From contig NC_068986.1 in NCBI RefSeq assembly GCF_001194135.2, forward strand, positions 74,662,060-74,712,509: a stretch of DNA of 50,450 nucleotides. Reading direction: 5' to 3'. The translations under genes and the position numbers were made by a program. The DNA comes from Octopus bimaculoides. Taxonomy: Eukaryota. This document shows positions 11,992 to 23,123 of the stretch, piece by piece. Position 1 is the first letter of the stretch. Every line of letters begins with the position of its first letter. A model generated the notes under the pieces. The model was not told the origin of the DNA, did no database searches, and saw only the letters and a list, made by a program, of their open reading frames with translations.

Positions 11992-12799
11992 NNNNNNNNN
12001 NNNNNNNNNNNNNNNNNNNNNNNNNNNNNNNNNNNNNNNNNNNNNNNNNNNNNNNNNNNNNNNNNNNNNNNNNNNNNNNNNNNNNNNNNNNNNNNNNNNN
12101 NNNNNNNNNNNNNNNNNNNNNNNNNNNNNNNNNNNNNNNNNNNNNNNNNNNNNNNNNNNNNNNNNNNNNNNNNNNNNNNNNNNNNNNNNNNNNNNNNNNN
12201 NNNNNNNNNNNNNNNNNNNNNNNNNNNNNNNNNNNNNNNNNNNNNNNNNNNNNNNNNNNNNNNNNNNNNNNNNNNNNNNNNNNNNNNNNNNNNNNNNNNN
12301 NNNNNNNNNNNNNNNNNNNNNNNNNNNNNNNNNNNNNNNNNNNNNNNNNNNNNNNNNNNNNNNNNNNNNNNNNNNNNNNNNNNNNNNNNNNNNNNNNNNN
12401 NNNNNNNNNNNNNNNNNNNNNNNNNNNNNNNNNNNNNNNNNNNNNNNNNNNNNNNNNNNNNNNNNNNNNNNNNNNNNNNNNNNNNNNNNNNNNNNNNNNN
12501 NNNNNNNNNNNNNNNNNNNNNNNNNNNNNNNNNNNNNNNNNNNNNNNNNNNNNNNNNNNNNNNNNNNNNNNNNNNNNNNNNNNNNNNNNNNNNNNNNNNN
12601 NNNNNNNNNNNNNNNNNNNNNNNNNNNNNNNNNNNNNNNNNNNNNNNNNNNNNNNNNNNNNNNNNNNNNNNNNNNNNNNNNNNNNNNNNNNNNNNNNNNN
12701 NNNNNNNNNNNNNNNNNNNNNNNNNNNNNNNNNNNNNNNNNNNNNNNNNNNNNNNNNNNNNNNNNNNNNNNNNNNNNATATATATATATATATATATAG

Positions 12800-13050
12800 G
12801 ATGTTGCACGAGAGATCGTAGTTTCAATTTTTAGATCGGGTGGGGCGTTGTGTTCTTCATCTCATGTTGCTCTGTGATCACTTCCACACCTGCCATGCGG
12901 TACACAGTGCATCTGTTCAGACAACGTCGATTTGATGGAGAGTGTGAGCTAATGTGCGGCACGAAGATTTGATCACTATAAACAAATCATTTGTGCAAGT
13001 CGTTCGGCAAAATCTGAACGCTCATACGTCGTCTTCGACGGGCGAGTTCA
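12800..13050 (+). mobile_element. tRNA-derived SINE, 5'-damaged
   Basis: B-box-like GTAGTTTCAATT followed by GGCGTTGTGTT...TGTTGCTCTGTGATCACTTC...GTTCAGACAACGTCGATTTGA. It is clearly homologous to the inverted copy at 13895-14112. Confidence 0.75.
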
Positions 13051-13084
13051 TTGTATATAAACAGATAGATAGATATTCACATAC

Positions 13085-13293
13085 ACGAGGGCGTACTAAA
13101 AAGTTTCTGGTTTTGGGTTAAAAAAAATACCCAATTATGATTTTATTCAACATGATTCCTTCTCAGATTCACAAATTTATTGCTGCGGTCGTTCAGTTTT
13201 TCTAAGCCCTGTAAAAATGCTCGGAAGATTGAGCCCCCAACCAGGCCTTTCACAGTACCCTTAAAGCCAAGAAGCTTTCAGCAACACCTCGTA
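13085..13293. mobile_element. Mariner-derived MITE (about 210 bp)
   Basis: Imperfect TIRs: ACGAGGGCGTACTAAAAAGTTTCTGGTTTT (left) and AAAGCCAAGAAGCTTTCAGCAACACCTCGTA (right). TACGAGGG-type ends are typical of irritans-like mariners. Confidence 0.7.
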
Positions 13294-13296
13294 CAG

Positions 13297-13352
<56 letters not shown>

Positions 13353-13377
13353 ATATATATATATATATATATATATT

Positions 13378-13520
13378 AGTATAGGATGTTGTGGAAACTA
13401 CATTGGTCAAAATAGTTTGACCTTGAGGAACAGACTAACGGTGCACAGACAACAAATCCGGTACCCCACGACCAGGAAAATTAACGTAAGCAAACACCTA
13501 GACCAATGCCCCGCAAACAT
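13378..13520 (+). mobile_element. Penelope-like element fragment (GIY-YIG endonuclease)
   Basis: Frame reads GCCGNYIGQNSLTLRNRLTVHRQQIR...VSKHLDQC: a YIG motif followed by the conserved Arg and His of PLE GIY-YIG nucleases. Confidence 0.75.
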
Positions 13521-13523
13521 AAA

Positions 13524-13563
13524 CCCGCAATAGGTGAACGGCGATATGGCGAGGAATTATTGT
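13524..13563. mobile_element. Isolated Tigger/pogo-like terminal fragment
   Basis: CCCGCAATAGGTGAACGGCGATATGGCGAGGAATTATTGTA matches the right end of the MITE at 48433-48651 (ACCGCGATAAGTGAACCGCGATATGGCGAGGGATTATTG). Confidence 0.6.
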
Positions 13564-13894
13564 ATTTAGATACATACATATAGTGCCCACCACCTTCGCA
13601 GGATATATTCTGACTGATTGGAGATTGAATTGATATCGTTTGTATTCAGTTTTGGCACGGTTTGGGAGACGTTTTTCTTTCACGGTCTGAAAGGTTAGAC
13701 ATCAGGAAAAGTGACTAAACGGGCGGACCTGACTGAAGAAAATATGTATGTGGATAGTTCCATAGTTCTGACGAATAAACGGTTGCCTCTATAAAGGTAT
13801 ATTTCCTGGAATATAAATCAGCTACTGTCTGAAACAATGTTTTAAATAAAATTAAAATTATGATGGTGGTCGTTTGTAGTCCGAGAAAGACGGT

Positions 13895-14112
13895 TTTGCA
13901 AATTCTTACTAAACAATCGGCACAAAGGATTTGTTTGTAGTAATCAAATATTTGTGTTGTTCATTAGCTCAACCCCTCCATCAGATCGACGTTGCCTGAA
14001 CAGATGCACCATGTACCACGCATCAGGAGTCGAAGTGATCACAGAGCAACGTGAGATGAAACGTATTTTGCTGACGAACACAATGCATCACCCGATCCAG
14101 GAATTGAAACAC
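13895..14112 (-). mobile_element. tRNA-derived SINE, same family as 12800-13050, inverted
   Basis: The reverse complement TTCATCTCACGTTGCTCTGTGATCACTTCGACTCC...GTTCAGGCAACGTCGATCTGA...CAAACAAATCCTTTGTGC aligns with 12857-12995. Confidence 0.78.
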
Positions 14113-14750
14113 CTCAGAGCATACGCGCTCACATAAAAGTTATAGGCAACATACTATTACCATTAGCTTAGCTCTATTCCTTTTTATTGTGAAACACGCG
14201 TAGTATTGGAATGAAATATCCAGAAATAAAATCTGAAACCGAATTTCGACTCTCGTTGAAATGGTTTCGCATCCTGAATTAATGGTTTTGGTAAATATTT
14301 GAGTGCTTCAAGCAACCTGTCTTTCCCATCTATGAAATACTTCTAGGGTTTCATGCTACCCAAACAGGAAATGCTTAATTCTACATCATGGCGCCTACAT
14401 TTCCTTAAGCCGTTTCATATATGTGTGTGTATATATGATGTGTGTGTATACACACACACACATACACACACACACACACGCAGGCACGCACACACAAACA
14501 CACTTATATATATTATAAACTTTCAGTTCACTGCTGAGCTCAGTTTTTCACATTGTACAAAGCCAGCGGTATTCAGCAAGTTCCATCCGGAAGAAGAGAG
14601 ATATCGCTTTACTATATAACATATTAAAAGCTTCAGTAAGCTCAAACAGATTAGAAAGCAAAATGATAATGAATAAAAAGGGAAATTAATTTGAAAGTGT
14701 TCCGTGTCACAGTATAAACACCTCCATAAGTGTGTGTATGTGTATGAGAT

Positions 14751-14799
<49 letters not shown>

Positions 14800-14908
14800 C
14801 AGAGAGAGAAATAGAGAAACAGAAAGAGAAATAGAGAGACAGAAAGAGAAATAGAGAGAGAGAGAGAGAGAGACAAAGATACAGACAGAGAGAGAGTGTG
14901 TGTGTGTA

Positions 14909-14948
<40 letters not shown>

Positions 14949-15936
14949 NNNNNNNNNNNNNNNNNNNNNNNNNNNNNNNNNNNNNNNNNNNNNNNNNNNN
15001 NNNNNNNNNNNNNNNNNNNNNNNNNNNNNNNNNNNNNNNNNNNNNNNNNNNNNNNNNNNNNNNNNNNNNNNNNNNNNNNNNNNNNNNNNNNNNNNNNNNN
15101 NNNNNNNNNNNNNNNNNNNNNNNNNNNNNNNNNNNNNNNNNNNNNNNNNNNNNNNNNNNNNNNNNNNNNNNNNNNNNNNNNNNNNNNNNNNNNNNNNNNN
15201 NNNNNNNNNNNNNNNNNNNNNNNNNNNNNNNNNNNNNNNNNNNNNNNNNNNNNNNNNNNNNNNNNNNNNNNNNNNNNNNNNNNNNNNNNNNNNNNNNNNN
15301 NNNNNNNNNNNNNNNNNNNNNNNNNNNNNNNNNNNNNNNNNNNNNNNNNNNNNNNNNNNNNNNNNNNNNNNNNNNNNNNNNNNNNNNNNNNNNNNNNNNN
15401 NNNNNNNNNNNNNNNNNNNNNNNNNNNNNNNNNNNNNNNNNNNNNNNNNNNNNNNNNNNNNNNNNNNNNNNNNNNNNNNNNNNNNNNNNNNNNNNNNNNN
15501 NNNNNNNNNNNNNNNNNNNNNNNNNNNNNNNNNNNNNNNNNNNNNNNNNNNNNNNNNNNNNNNNNNNNNNNNNNNNNNNNNNNNNNNNNNNNNNNNNNNT
15601 ATATATATATATATATATATCCGTCTCTCTCTGTCACACACCCGCCTGTGTGCACTAAGCTCTGTAAACTGAAAGTCACTTTATATTTCAAAACTTACAA
15701 AATGTTTAGAAAATCAGCAGTGAGACTGGTCTCCCATTGTCAAATACAGCCCAAAGACTCAACACCTAAGTCTATTTAATGCACCAATATATGAGAGAAT
15801 TATTTACTGCCATGTTAATAAAGACAACAATTGCTCAACACCCACACACTTCCGTAGACACACACACACACACCTAAACACATCCATGCACACACATACA
15901 CACGCACACACATACACAGGTATATATATAGGTATG

Positions 15937-16163
15937 TATGTGCATGTATCATATGGTAAAATTCGTATTGACTTGGACTATTACGTTTTGCCTGGTGGTG
16001 TATTCAACCATAATGGTTGCATAATCCGTCAGGCGAAACTTAAGATACCAGTCAATGCGAATATTATAATAATTTTCACTTTATTCTTGTACTGACTCCT
16101 AAAATTCAGTAAATAAACGTTCTGTTGTTATTCTTAAATTATCTTCAGAATAAGAACCCGATT

Positions 16164-16203
<40 letters not shown>

Positions 16204-16332
16204 CACAGCACATACACACATATAGCACATACACACACACAGCACATATACACACACACAGCACATTCACACACACACAGCACATACACACATACGCACG
16301 CACATACACACACACGCACGCACATACAAAGG

Positions 16333-16364
<32 letters not shown>

Positions 16365-16612
16365 TGTATGTATGTATGTATGTATGTGCACTTATCATAT
16401 TGTAAAATTCATATTGGCAAAGACTTTACGTTTTGCCTGGGGGCGTAATTAAGCAGAGTGGCTGAATAAGCCGTCAGGCGAAACTTAAGATACCAGTCAA
16501 TACGAATGTTATAATAATTTTTACTTTATTCTTGTATTTGACTCCTAAAAAGTCAGTAAATGGATGTTCTGTTGTTATTCTTAAATTAACTCTAAAATAA
16601 GAACTGAACTTT
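15937..16612. repeat. Diverged tandem duplication: two copies of about 230 bp (period 446 bp) separated by CA/TATG microsatellites
   Basis: 15937-16165 aligns with 16383-16612 at roughly 80-85% by eye. A 31-bp core, CCGTCAGGCGAAACTTAAGATACCAGTCAAT, is identical in both. Confidence 0.93.
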
Positions 16613-17631
16613 ACACACACACACACACACACACACCCACGCACACACACACACACACACAAACACGCACACACACACACACACGCACGCACACAGAACA
16701 TGCTTACACACACACACACACACACACACTGCATTTATAGCAGTAAATAAGTGATGATTGCCACAGATTCCTTGGGCTTTTATGTTATAGTGCACACACA
16801 CACATATGTACACACATCCTGTACTCATACACACAAGGTTGTGAACATCAACACGTCTTGAGTACTTCTACAAGTATGAAAGAGAGTCACGCCTTCGTTT
16901 CTTCTGCTAAATTATCCTCATAGAAACCCAATTCATTTGAATGAAACGGTACTTTTGGATAGCCTAAAATAGTGGGTGATGTAGACACTTGAAGCTCTAG
17001 TTCTGAGAAAAGCGGTCAAAACATTTGAACAGAATCTGTATAACGGTCAGAAGCAAATGTAAATGTGAAAACGTCTTTCTGCAGACAACTGCATCAATTT
17101 ATTAATGGTATATCAGTCAAACTGGTTATGTTAAACTATATCAAGGTCATAACGACAGCAGAATAATATAGAGAAAAGAAAAGGAAATATAAACTTGAGA
17201 TGAGGAAAAGATATTAGAATTATGAGTGGGAAACCAATAAATATAAGTACTTCACACACTTATGTTTGAATGGCAGCAGAATTCTTTTGGAAGATTTTCT
17301 GTTTAAAAACTGTAAGACTGCGTTTAATAGTAATAAGAATTTGTGAATCTTAAGAAATATTGGTCAATTTGTGTTTCCTTTAATAGAAACACATTATAAT
17401 ATATTGGTTCCATTTGAATTGTCACAAGTCTATTAGAGAAAAAGTTATATAATCTGATGATTCTGCCATGATATATTACTGGTAAATATTTTTCGATTAA
17501 TCGTATCAGTTGAGAGCTTGCAGTGTTTTAATCGCAGTTCAAGGAAATTACAAGGTAATTAACAAACTCCATTGCCAGATAAATGAGTGACACAAACGAA
17601 TCTAAAGATTCAGTAACTATTATCGACTATG

Positions 17632-17948
17632 TTTTGAACTCACAACATAAAGATAGACGAAATGCCGCTAAGCATTTTGTCCGGTGTGCAAACGATTCTG
17701 CCAGCTCACCGACTTATGATCACGTTAATATTAGTTTCATGTTTTGGGATAAGGCAAGCAAATTTAGAGGAAAGGAGCTAGTCAATTACATCGACCTCAA
17801 GTACTTGACTGGCACTTATTTTATCGACCTCGAGAGGATGAAACGCAAAGTCAACCTCGGTGGAATTTGAGCTCAGAATGTAAAAGGCGGAAGAAATGCT
17901 ACCAAGCATTTTGTCCGATGTGCTAATAATTCTTCAAGCTCACCACTT
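17632..17948 (-). mobile_element. Two tandem copies of a tRNA-derived SINE (family B): head-only 17632-17715 and near-complete 17736-17948
   Basis: Both contain GCATTTTGTCCG...TGC..A...ATTCT...AGCTCACC. The second continues with GATGAAACGCAAAGTCAACCTCGGTGGAATTTGAGCTCAG (B box on the minus strand). Homologous to 20038-20210 and 40153-40370. Confidence 0.78.
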
Positions 17949-18416
17949 AATGACTGCATTAATAACAAAATAAATATTTTGGTTTATATTAAGGTGATGA
18001 CAGACAAATTTTACCTCAATAAGCTTGAAATTACGTACTGTGAAGCGTTTAGCTCCTTAATCCCCGTGATCTTCTTTAGCTTTGAGTTATATGGTATGTT
18101 TGTTCATCTCTGTTTTGAAAAAAGATGGTGTAATATTCTTTCTACTCTTTTAGTTCTCAAGCTGTTGAGCATTTTAATGTATTATTTCACGTCGATATCA
18201 ACTATATTTACGTGTGAAGGCATCACTCATATGGTTAAATGAATTCTCTTCGTAATCGCACAATTTCAAATTCGACGTCACAATAAAATATCTTTGACTA
18301 TGAACTTCAGGAGTAAAATCAGATAAAAATGAAACAGAAACAATATATTTCACATTGATACACTTGGTGTGTGTTCTTGAGTGCTCAACTCAAATAGTCA
18401 TCCAGTTCAGCGACAT

Positions 18417-18659
18417 AATTGAGTATCTTTAGTAGTGACCACTGTTTGAGTTCAAAATATATCATGGCAGAACTTAGGATACCTTCATCTGAATTCACCT
18501 TTAGGGTGCCTTTCGTAGAATCCATCCTTAGAGTGCCTTTCGTAGACCTTATCATTAGCGTGCCTTGAGTAGGGTCCATCTTTAGGTCGATTTAGTAGTG
18601 TTCATCATTAAAGAGCTTTCAGCAGAATAGACATTTAGGGTATATTTTGTTGAGTCCAC
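18417..18659 (-). repeat. Degenerate 27-bp minisatellite encoding a 9-aa repeat
   Basis: Units begin at 18472, 18499, 18526, 18553, 18580 (26 bp), 18606 and 18633. Minus-strand translations: VDSTKYTLN, VYSAESSLM, MNTTKST.., MDPTQGTLM, IRSTKGTLR, MDSTKGTLK, VNSDEGILS. Confidence 0.85.
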
Positions 18660-20037
18660 TCTCTTGCGAGAATTCAGAGTAGGCCGCGTGTATGAAGACA
18701 ACTCATGAATAATATTTTCATCGCCCTTCATAAGCCCCACTCTCTGAGGTCTAGAATAATGGTATGGTTTCCATCATTCCTCCTTTGACTATGCTTGTAA
18801 GAAATTAATATAACCCTAGTACAACTAAAGACATTTTCAAACATCATGGAAAAACCCCTTCGTTTTGCGTTGAATTTCACAATATTCAAAGTTACAAGCA
18901 TTTAAAACTGAAGTTGAAAACCACACTAAATGCCAAGTGGTTACTTTGCTATGGTATTTTACTGAATTTCGTAAAAATATTAAAACGAACTATTTGGTGC
19001 TTAAATTCTTATTTGGCTTCAAACAATGAAGTATTTCGAAATTAACGAGTTGCTTTGAAGAATTCGCAATGTCACCATTACTATAGTGATAATATTTTAA
19101 ATTTAGAATCTCTAAAAGTCACACTGTAGCTTATATTACAGATATAGTCAGAATTTTCAACAAAAAAAATATTCGAAATCACAAGTGATAAAATATTCAA
19201 GATGTCATGCTGTATCGATTCTTTTCCGCCTTTGTTGATCATAAAATATTTATATACTGTCTGCTTTCTTAGAATTTCTTATTATTGGTATTAATGTCCT
19301 TACTTATAATGAAAAAAAAACCTACGATAGCTTACTTATTATTAAAAATCTTGAAACATGAAATAATTCTCATCTCTTTCCTATTATTTACCCTTATATG
19401 TGACGTATGTGTGTGTGAGTGTATGTGTGTGTGTAAGCGTGCGTTTGTATGAGTATGCACGCACGCGCGTGTATGTATATATGCATACATACTTTTACTC
19501 ACGTACGTGCATGTATGTATGTACACATATGCATATATACAGGCTGAAAGTCGTTGGAGCTTCGAATAGGATAACAGGTTAATCATTCAAACTCTCTACT
19601 TTACGAGTTCAAACGCAGCAGACTTTGCCTGGCATTCTTTCGACAGAGATAAATGAAGTTCCAGTGACAGAATTGTTAAAGCATGAATTGATATTTCTAT
19701 ATAGTAACATGTAGCAAATGATACTGATAATTAAGTTTTTCATCATGAGGCTCCTCTCTGCTATACACAGACTGCATCTTATTGTTCCATTTGTATGTGT
19801 GCTGCATCTCCTACGTATTATGCATTTATAATGAAATCAGGTGTATGTTCTTTCATATTCCGGATCTAATTGGGGAATGTTGCAATATTAATCCTTATCT
19901 ATCTGAAGAATGCATTCATGTCTCGAATCTTTCCAGGAGAGAAGCCCTGTTTATATCCTGATGATTAGCTAATTTCTGAAATTGGTATGGAACTTGAAAG
20001 ACTAATGTTTGATCGTTAATGAACTATATCATATACT

Positions 20038-20210
20038 GGCGGCAAGCTGGCAGAATGTTTAAAGCCTCTTCACGTTTAAATTCCGCCGAGGGAGACTTTG
20101 CCTTTCATACTTTTGGGGTCGAGGAAATAGGTACCAGTTGAGCACTGGGTTGAGTTAATGAACTTACCCTTCCTCTAAAAGTCTCTGGTCTTCTGATACA
20201 ATTTGAAATA
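20038..20210 (+). mobile_element. tRNA-derived SINE (family B), internally deleted
   Basis: GGCGGCAAGCTGGCAGAA...AAATTCCGCCGAGGGAGACTTTGCCTTTCATACTTTTGGGGTCGA...GTACCAGTTGAGCACTGGG. It is the reverse complement of the pattern at 40153-40370. Confidence 0.78.
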
Positions 20211-20268
20211 CTCACTTTGAGTACCCTATATTTGTTGATGCAAACATCTACAAGTGACAGTGAATAAA

Positions 20269-20344
<76 letters not shown>

Positions 20345-21643
20345 GAGTGAGACATGGAGATAACAGGACATATGTACATCCTGGGTTGGCCAAAAGTCAC
20401 CTGACAGTAAATCAAAACCATTTAATTCCAAGATTTATTTATGTCTAACAACTGAATGAATTTGATAAAAGCATCTAAATATGAAACACCATGGAGATTA
20501 TTCAAACTAAAGTCCTTCTTCAGTGATACATTTTTCCATTCGAGTCATTACAGAATTGCAGATAGTTTTTATGGAATTTTGATTTACTGCCGGGGGACTT
20601 TTGGCCAACTCTGCATATATACCTACAAACATACATACATATATGAATATACATATATAAATGTGTGTGTGTATATATATATATATNNNNNNNNNNNNNN
20701 NNNNNNNNNNNNNNNNNNNNNNNNNNNNNNNNNNNNNNNNNNNNNNNNNNNNNNNNNNNNNNNNNNNNNNNNNNNNNNNNNNNNNNNNNNNNNNNNNNNN
20801 NNNNNNNNNNNNNNNNNNNNNNNNNNNNNNNNNNNNNNNNNNNNNNNNNNNNNNNNNNNNNNNNNNNNNNNNNNNNNNNNNNNNNNNNNNNNNNNNNNNN
20901 NNNNNNNNNNNNNNNNNNNNNNNNNNNNNNNNNNNNNNNNNNNNNNNNNNNNNNNNNNNNNNNNNNNNNNNNNNNNNNNNNNNNNNNNNNNNNNNNNNNN
21001 NNNNNNNNNNNNNNNNNNNNNNNNNNNNNNNNNNNNNNNNNNNNNNNNNNNNNNNNNNNNNNNNNNNNNNNNNNNNNNNNNNNNNNNNNNNNNNNNNNNN
21101 NNNNNNNNNNNNNNNNNNNNNNNNNNNNNNNNNNNNNNNNNNNNNNNNNNNNNNNNNNNNNNNNNNNNNNNNNNNNNNNNNNNNNNNNNNNNNNNNNNNN
21201 NNNNNNNNNNNNNNNNNNNNNNNNNNNNNNNNNNNNNNNNNNNNNNNNNNNNNNNNNNNNNNNNNNNNNNNNNNNNNNNNNNNNNNNNNNNNNNNNNNNN
21301 NNNNNNNNNNNNNNNNNNNNNNNNNNNNNNNNNNNNNNNNNNNNNNNNNNNNNNNNNNNNNNNNNNNNNNNNNNNNNNNNNNNNNNNNNNNNNNNNNNNN
21401 NNNNNNNNNNNNNNNNNNNNNNNNNNNNNNNNNNNNNNNNNNNNNNNNNNNNNNNNNNNNNNNNNNNNNNNNNNNNNNNNNNNNNNNNNNNNNNNNNNNN
21501 NNNNNNNNNNNNNNNNNNNNNNNNNNNNNNNNNNNNNNNNNNNNNNNNNNNNNNNNNNNNNNNNNNNNNNNNNNNNNNNNNNNNNNNNNNNNNNNNNNNN
21601 NNNNNNNNNNNNNNNNNNNNNNNNNNNNNNNNNNNNNNNNNNN

Positions 21644-21716
<73 letters not shown>

Positions 21717-23070
21717 CGCGTGTTTTATACCTGGCTTAAATATTTTATTTCTAAGAAAAATCAAGATGCGTCTAAACATTCAAGGCCTTTCCATTACCAC
21801 TCTTTTGTGATTTTGCCGGCCTGTGGATTCACGTCCCCAAGTGGATGCTACGACCCATATTAAGAACCACTAATCTAAATCAAATCAAACTGATGTCAGA
21901 TTTGTAATCTGATTCAAGTTATGCATGAACTGAACTCAGTAATATAAATTATCGAAATTACATTCGTGAATTATAATGTCTTCCTAATTCCAACAGGGTC
22001 AGCTGTATTTAATTATCAATGGTAGCTATTGTAAAGCGAGACTGTTTGAGCTTCTTGATAAACATAGAACTGGTGATGCAATACAAACCTTCAGTCGAAG
22101 TGATCTTCGACTCCAAGTATTAATATTGACAATGTAGTATATTTTAGGTAAAGAATGTTTATTCTTCCTTATTTTTGTTCACGTATGCATCTTTTAGCAG
22201 AGAATATAGAGCCATTCAGTTCATTCATACATACGTGAGTATATACATTTTGGCCACAGCATGTCGTGCCCTTTACAAATGTTTTTGGAGAGATAGCTGG
22301 CAACTGTATTCTAAATGTTACATTATCGATCTTATATAAAAGCAACACAAGATCCTACTTACTTAAAGTAGGAAATATTAATGTTTTACATTTATGATTT
22401 TCTCTAAGGTAAATAGTGACAGCTAAAAATCAGAATTCAAGTGTTTACTTCTCTACAACGTTTCTCATCGTTTCCACAATTAGACAGGTAGGGAGACTTG
22501 AAGGCGAGGAAAATAATTACATCAATTGCAGCTTGTTATTGTTACTTATTTTTTCGAACCAACTGAAATGAAACACAGCATAAAAGCTTGGTTATATTTG
22601 AACTAAGAATGCCGAAGTCCAAATTTTAATTCTCATAGATTATCTGCTATAAAACTTTATCGTTTCGGCCTTTACGATATTTAACGTCATAAATCTGCTT
22701 TTAATTTTAAACAAACAAGAGCAATACAAAATAATAATCTCTAATATACACACAAGGCCTCCAATTTAAGAAAAAGCATAGTGGAAGACACTGACTCCAA
22801 TATTCAGCTGATAACTATTTTATTGTCACCGGAAGGATGAAAGTTAGAGTTGAGCGTGATGAAATTGTAATGTGTAAGTAAACACCTGAACATATTTAGT
22901 CATACATCTACATCATGTCCGACACTCTTTTGATCATGTCAGTTCACCGTTTTTCAGAACAGTTCCAAATAAAAAGACGCTCTTTATATATTACCATTAT
23001 ATATTTTCAGTCAGTATTTTGTCAGAAAACGTTGGTCTTAGCTCTTATTTATCGAAGTTTATGAACTGTG

Positions 23071-23123
23071 TCATAATCGGCTGTCTTGGTTTATTTTTCA
23101 TAATCGGCTGTCTTGGTTTATTT
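23071..23123. repeat. Exact 26-bp tandem duplication (period 27)
   Basis: TCATAATCGGCTGTCTTGGTTTATTT at 23071 and 23098. Confidence 0.95.

Noticed and set aside
15886-16095. Plus-strand reading (YVLPGG...) of the duplicated module as the coding frame
   Set aside because: The second copy has a stop and an indel in this frame and there are no matching plus-strand splice sites; the minus-strand frame fits better.
19936-19947. GGAGAGAAGCCC (GEKP), a C2H2 zinc-finger linker
   Set aside because: No flanking C-x2-C or H-x3-H in frame, and a stop follows within a few codons.
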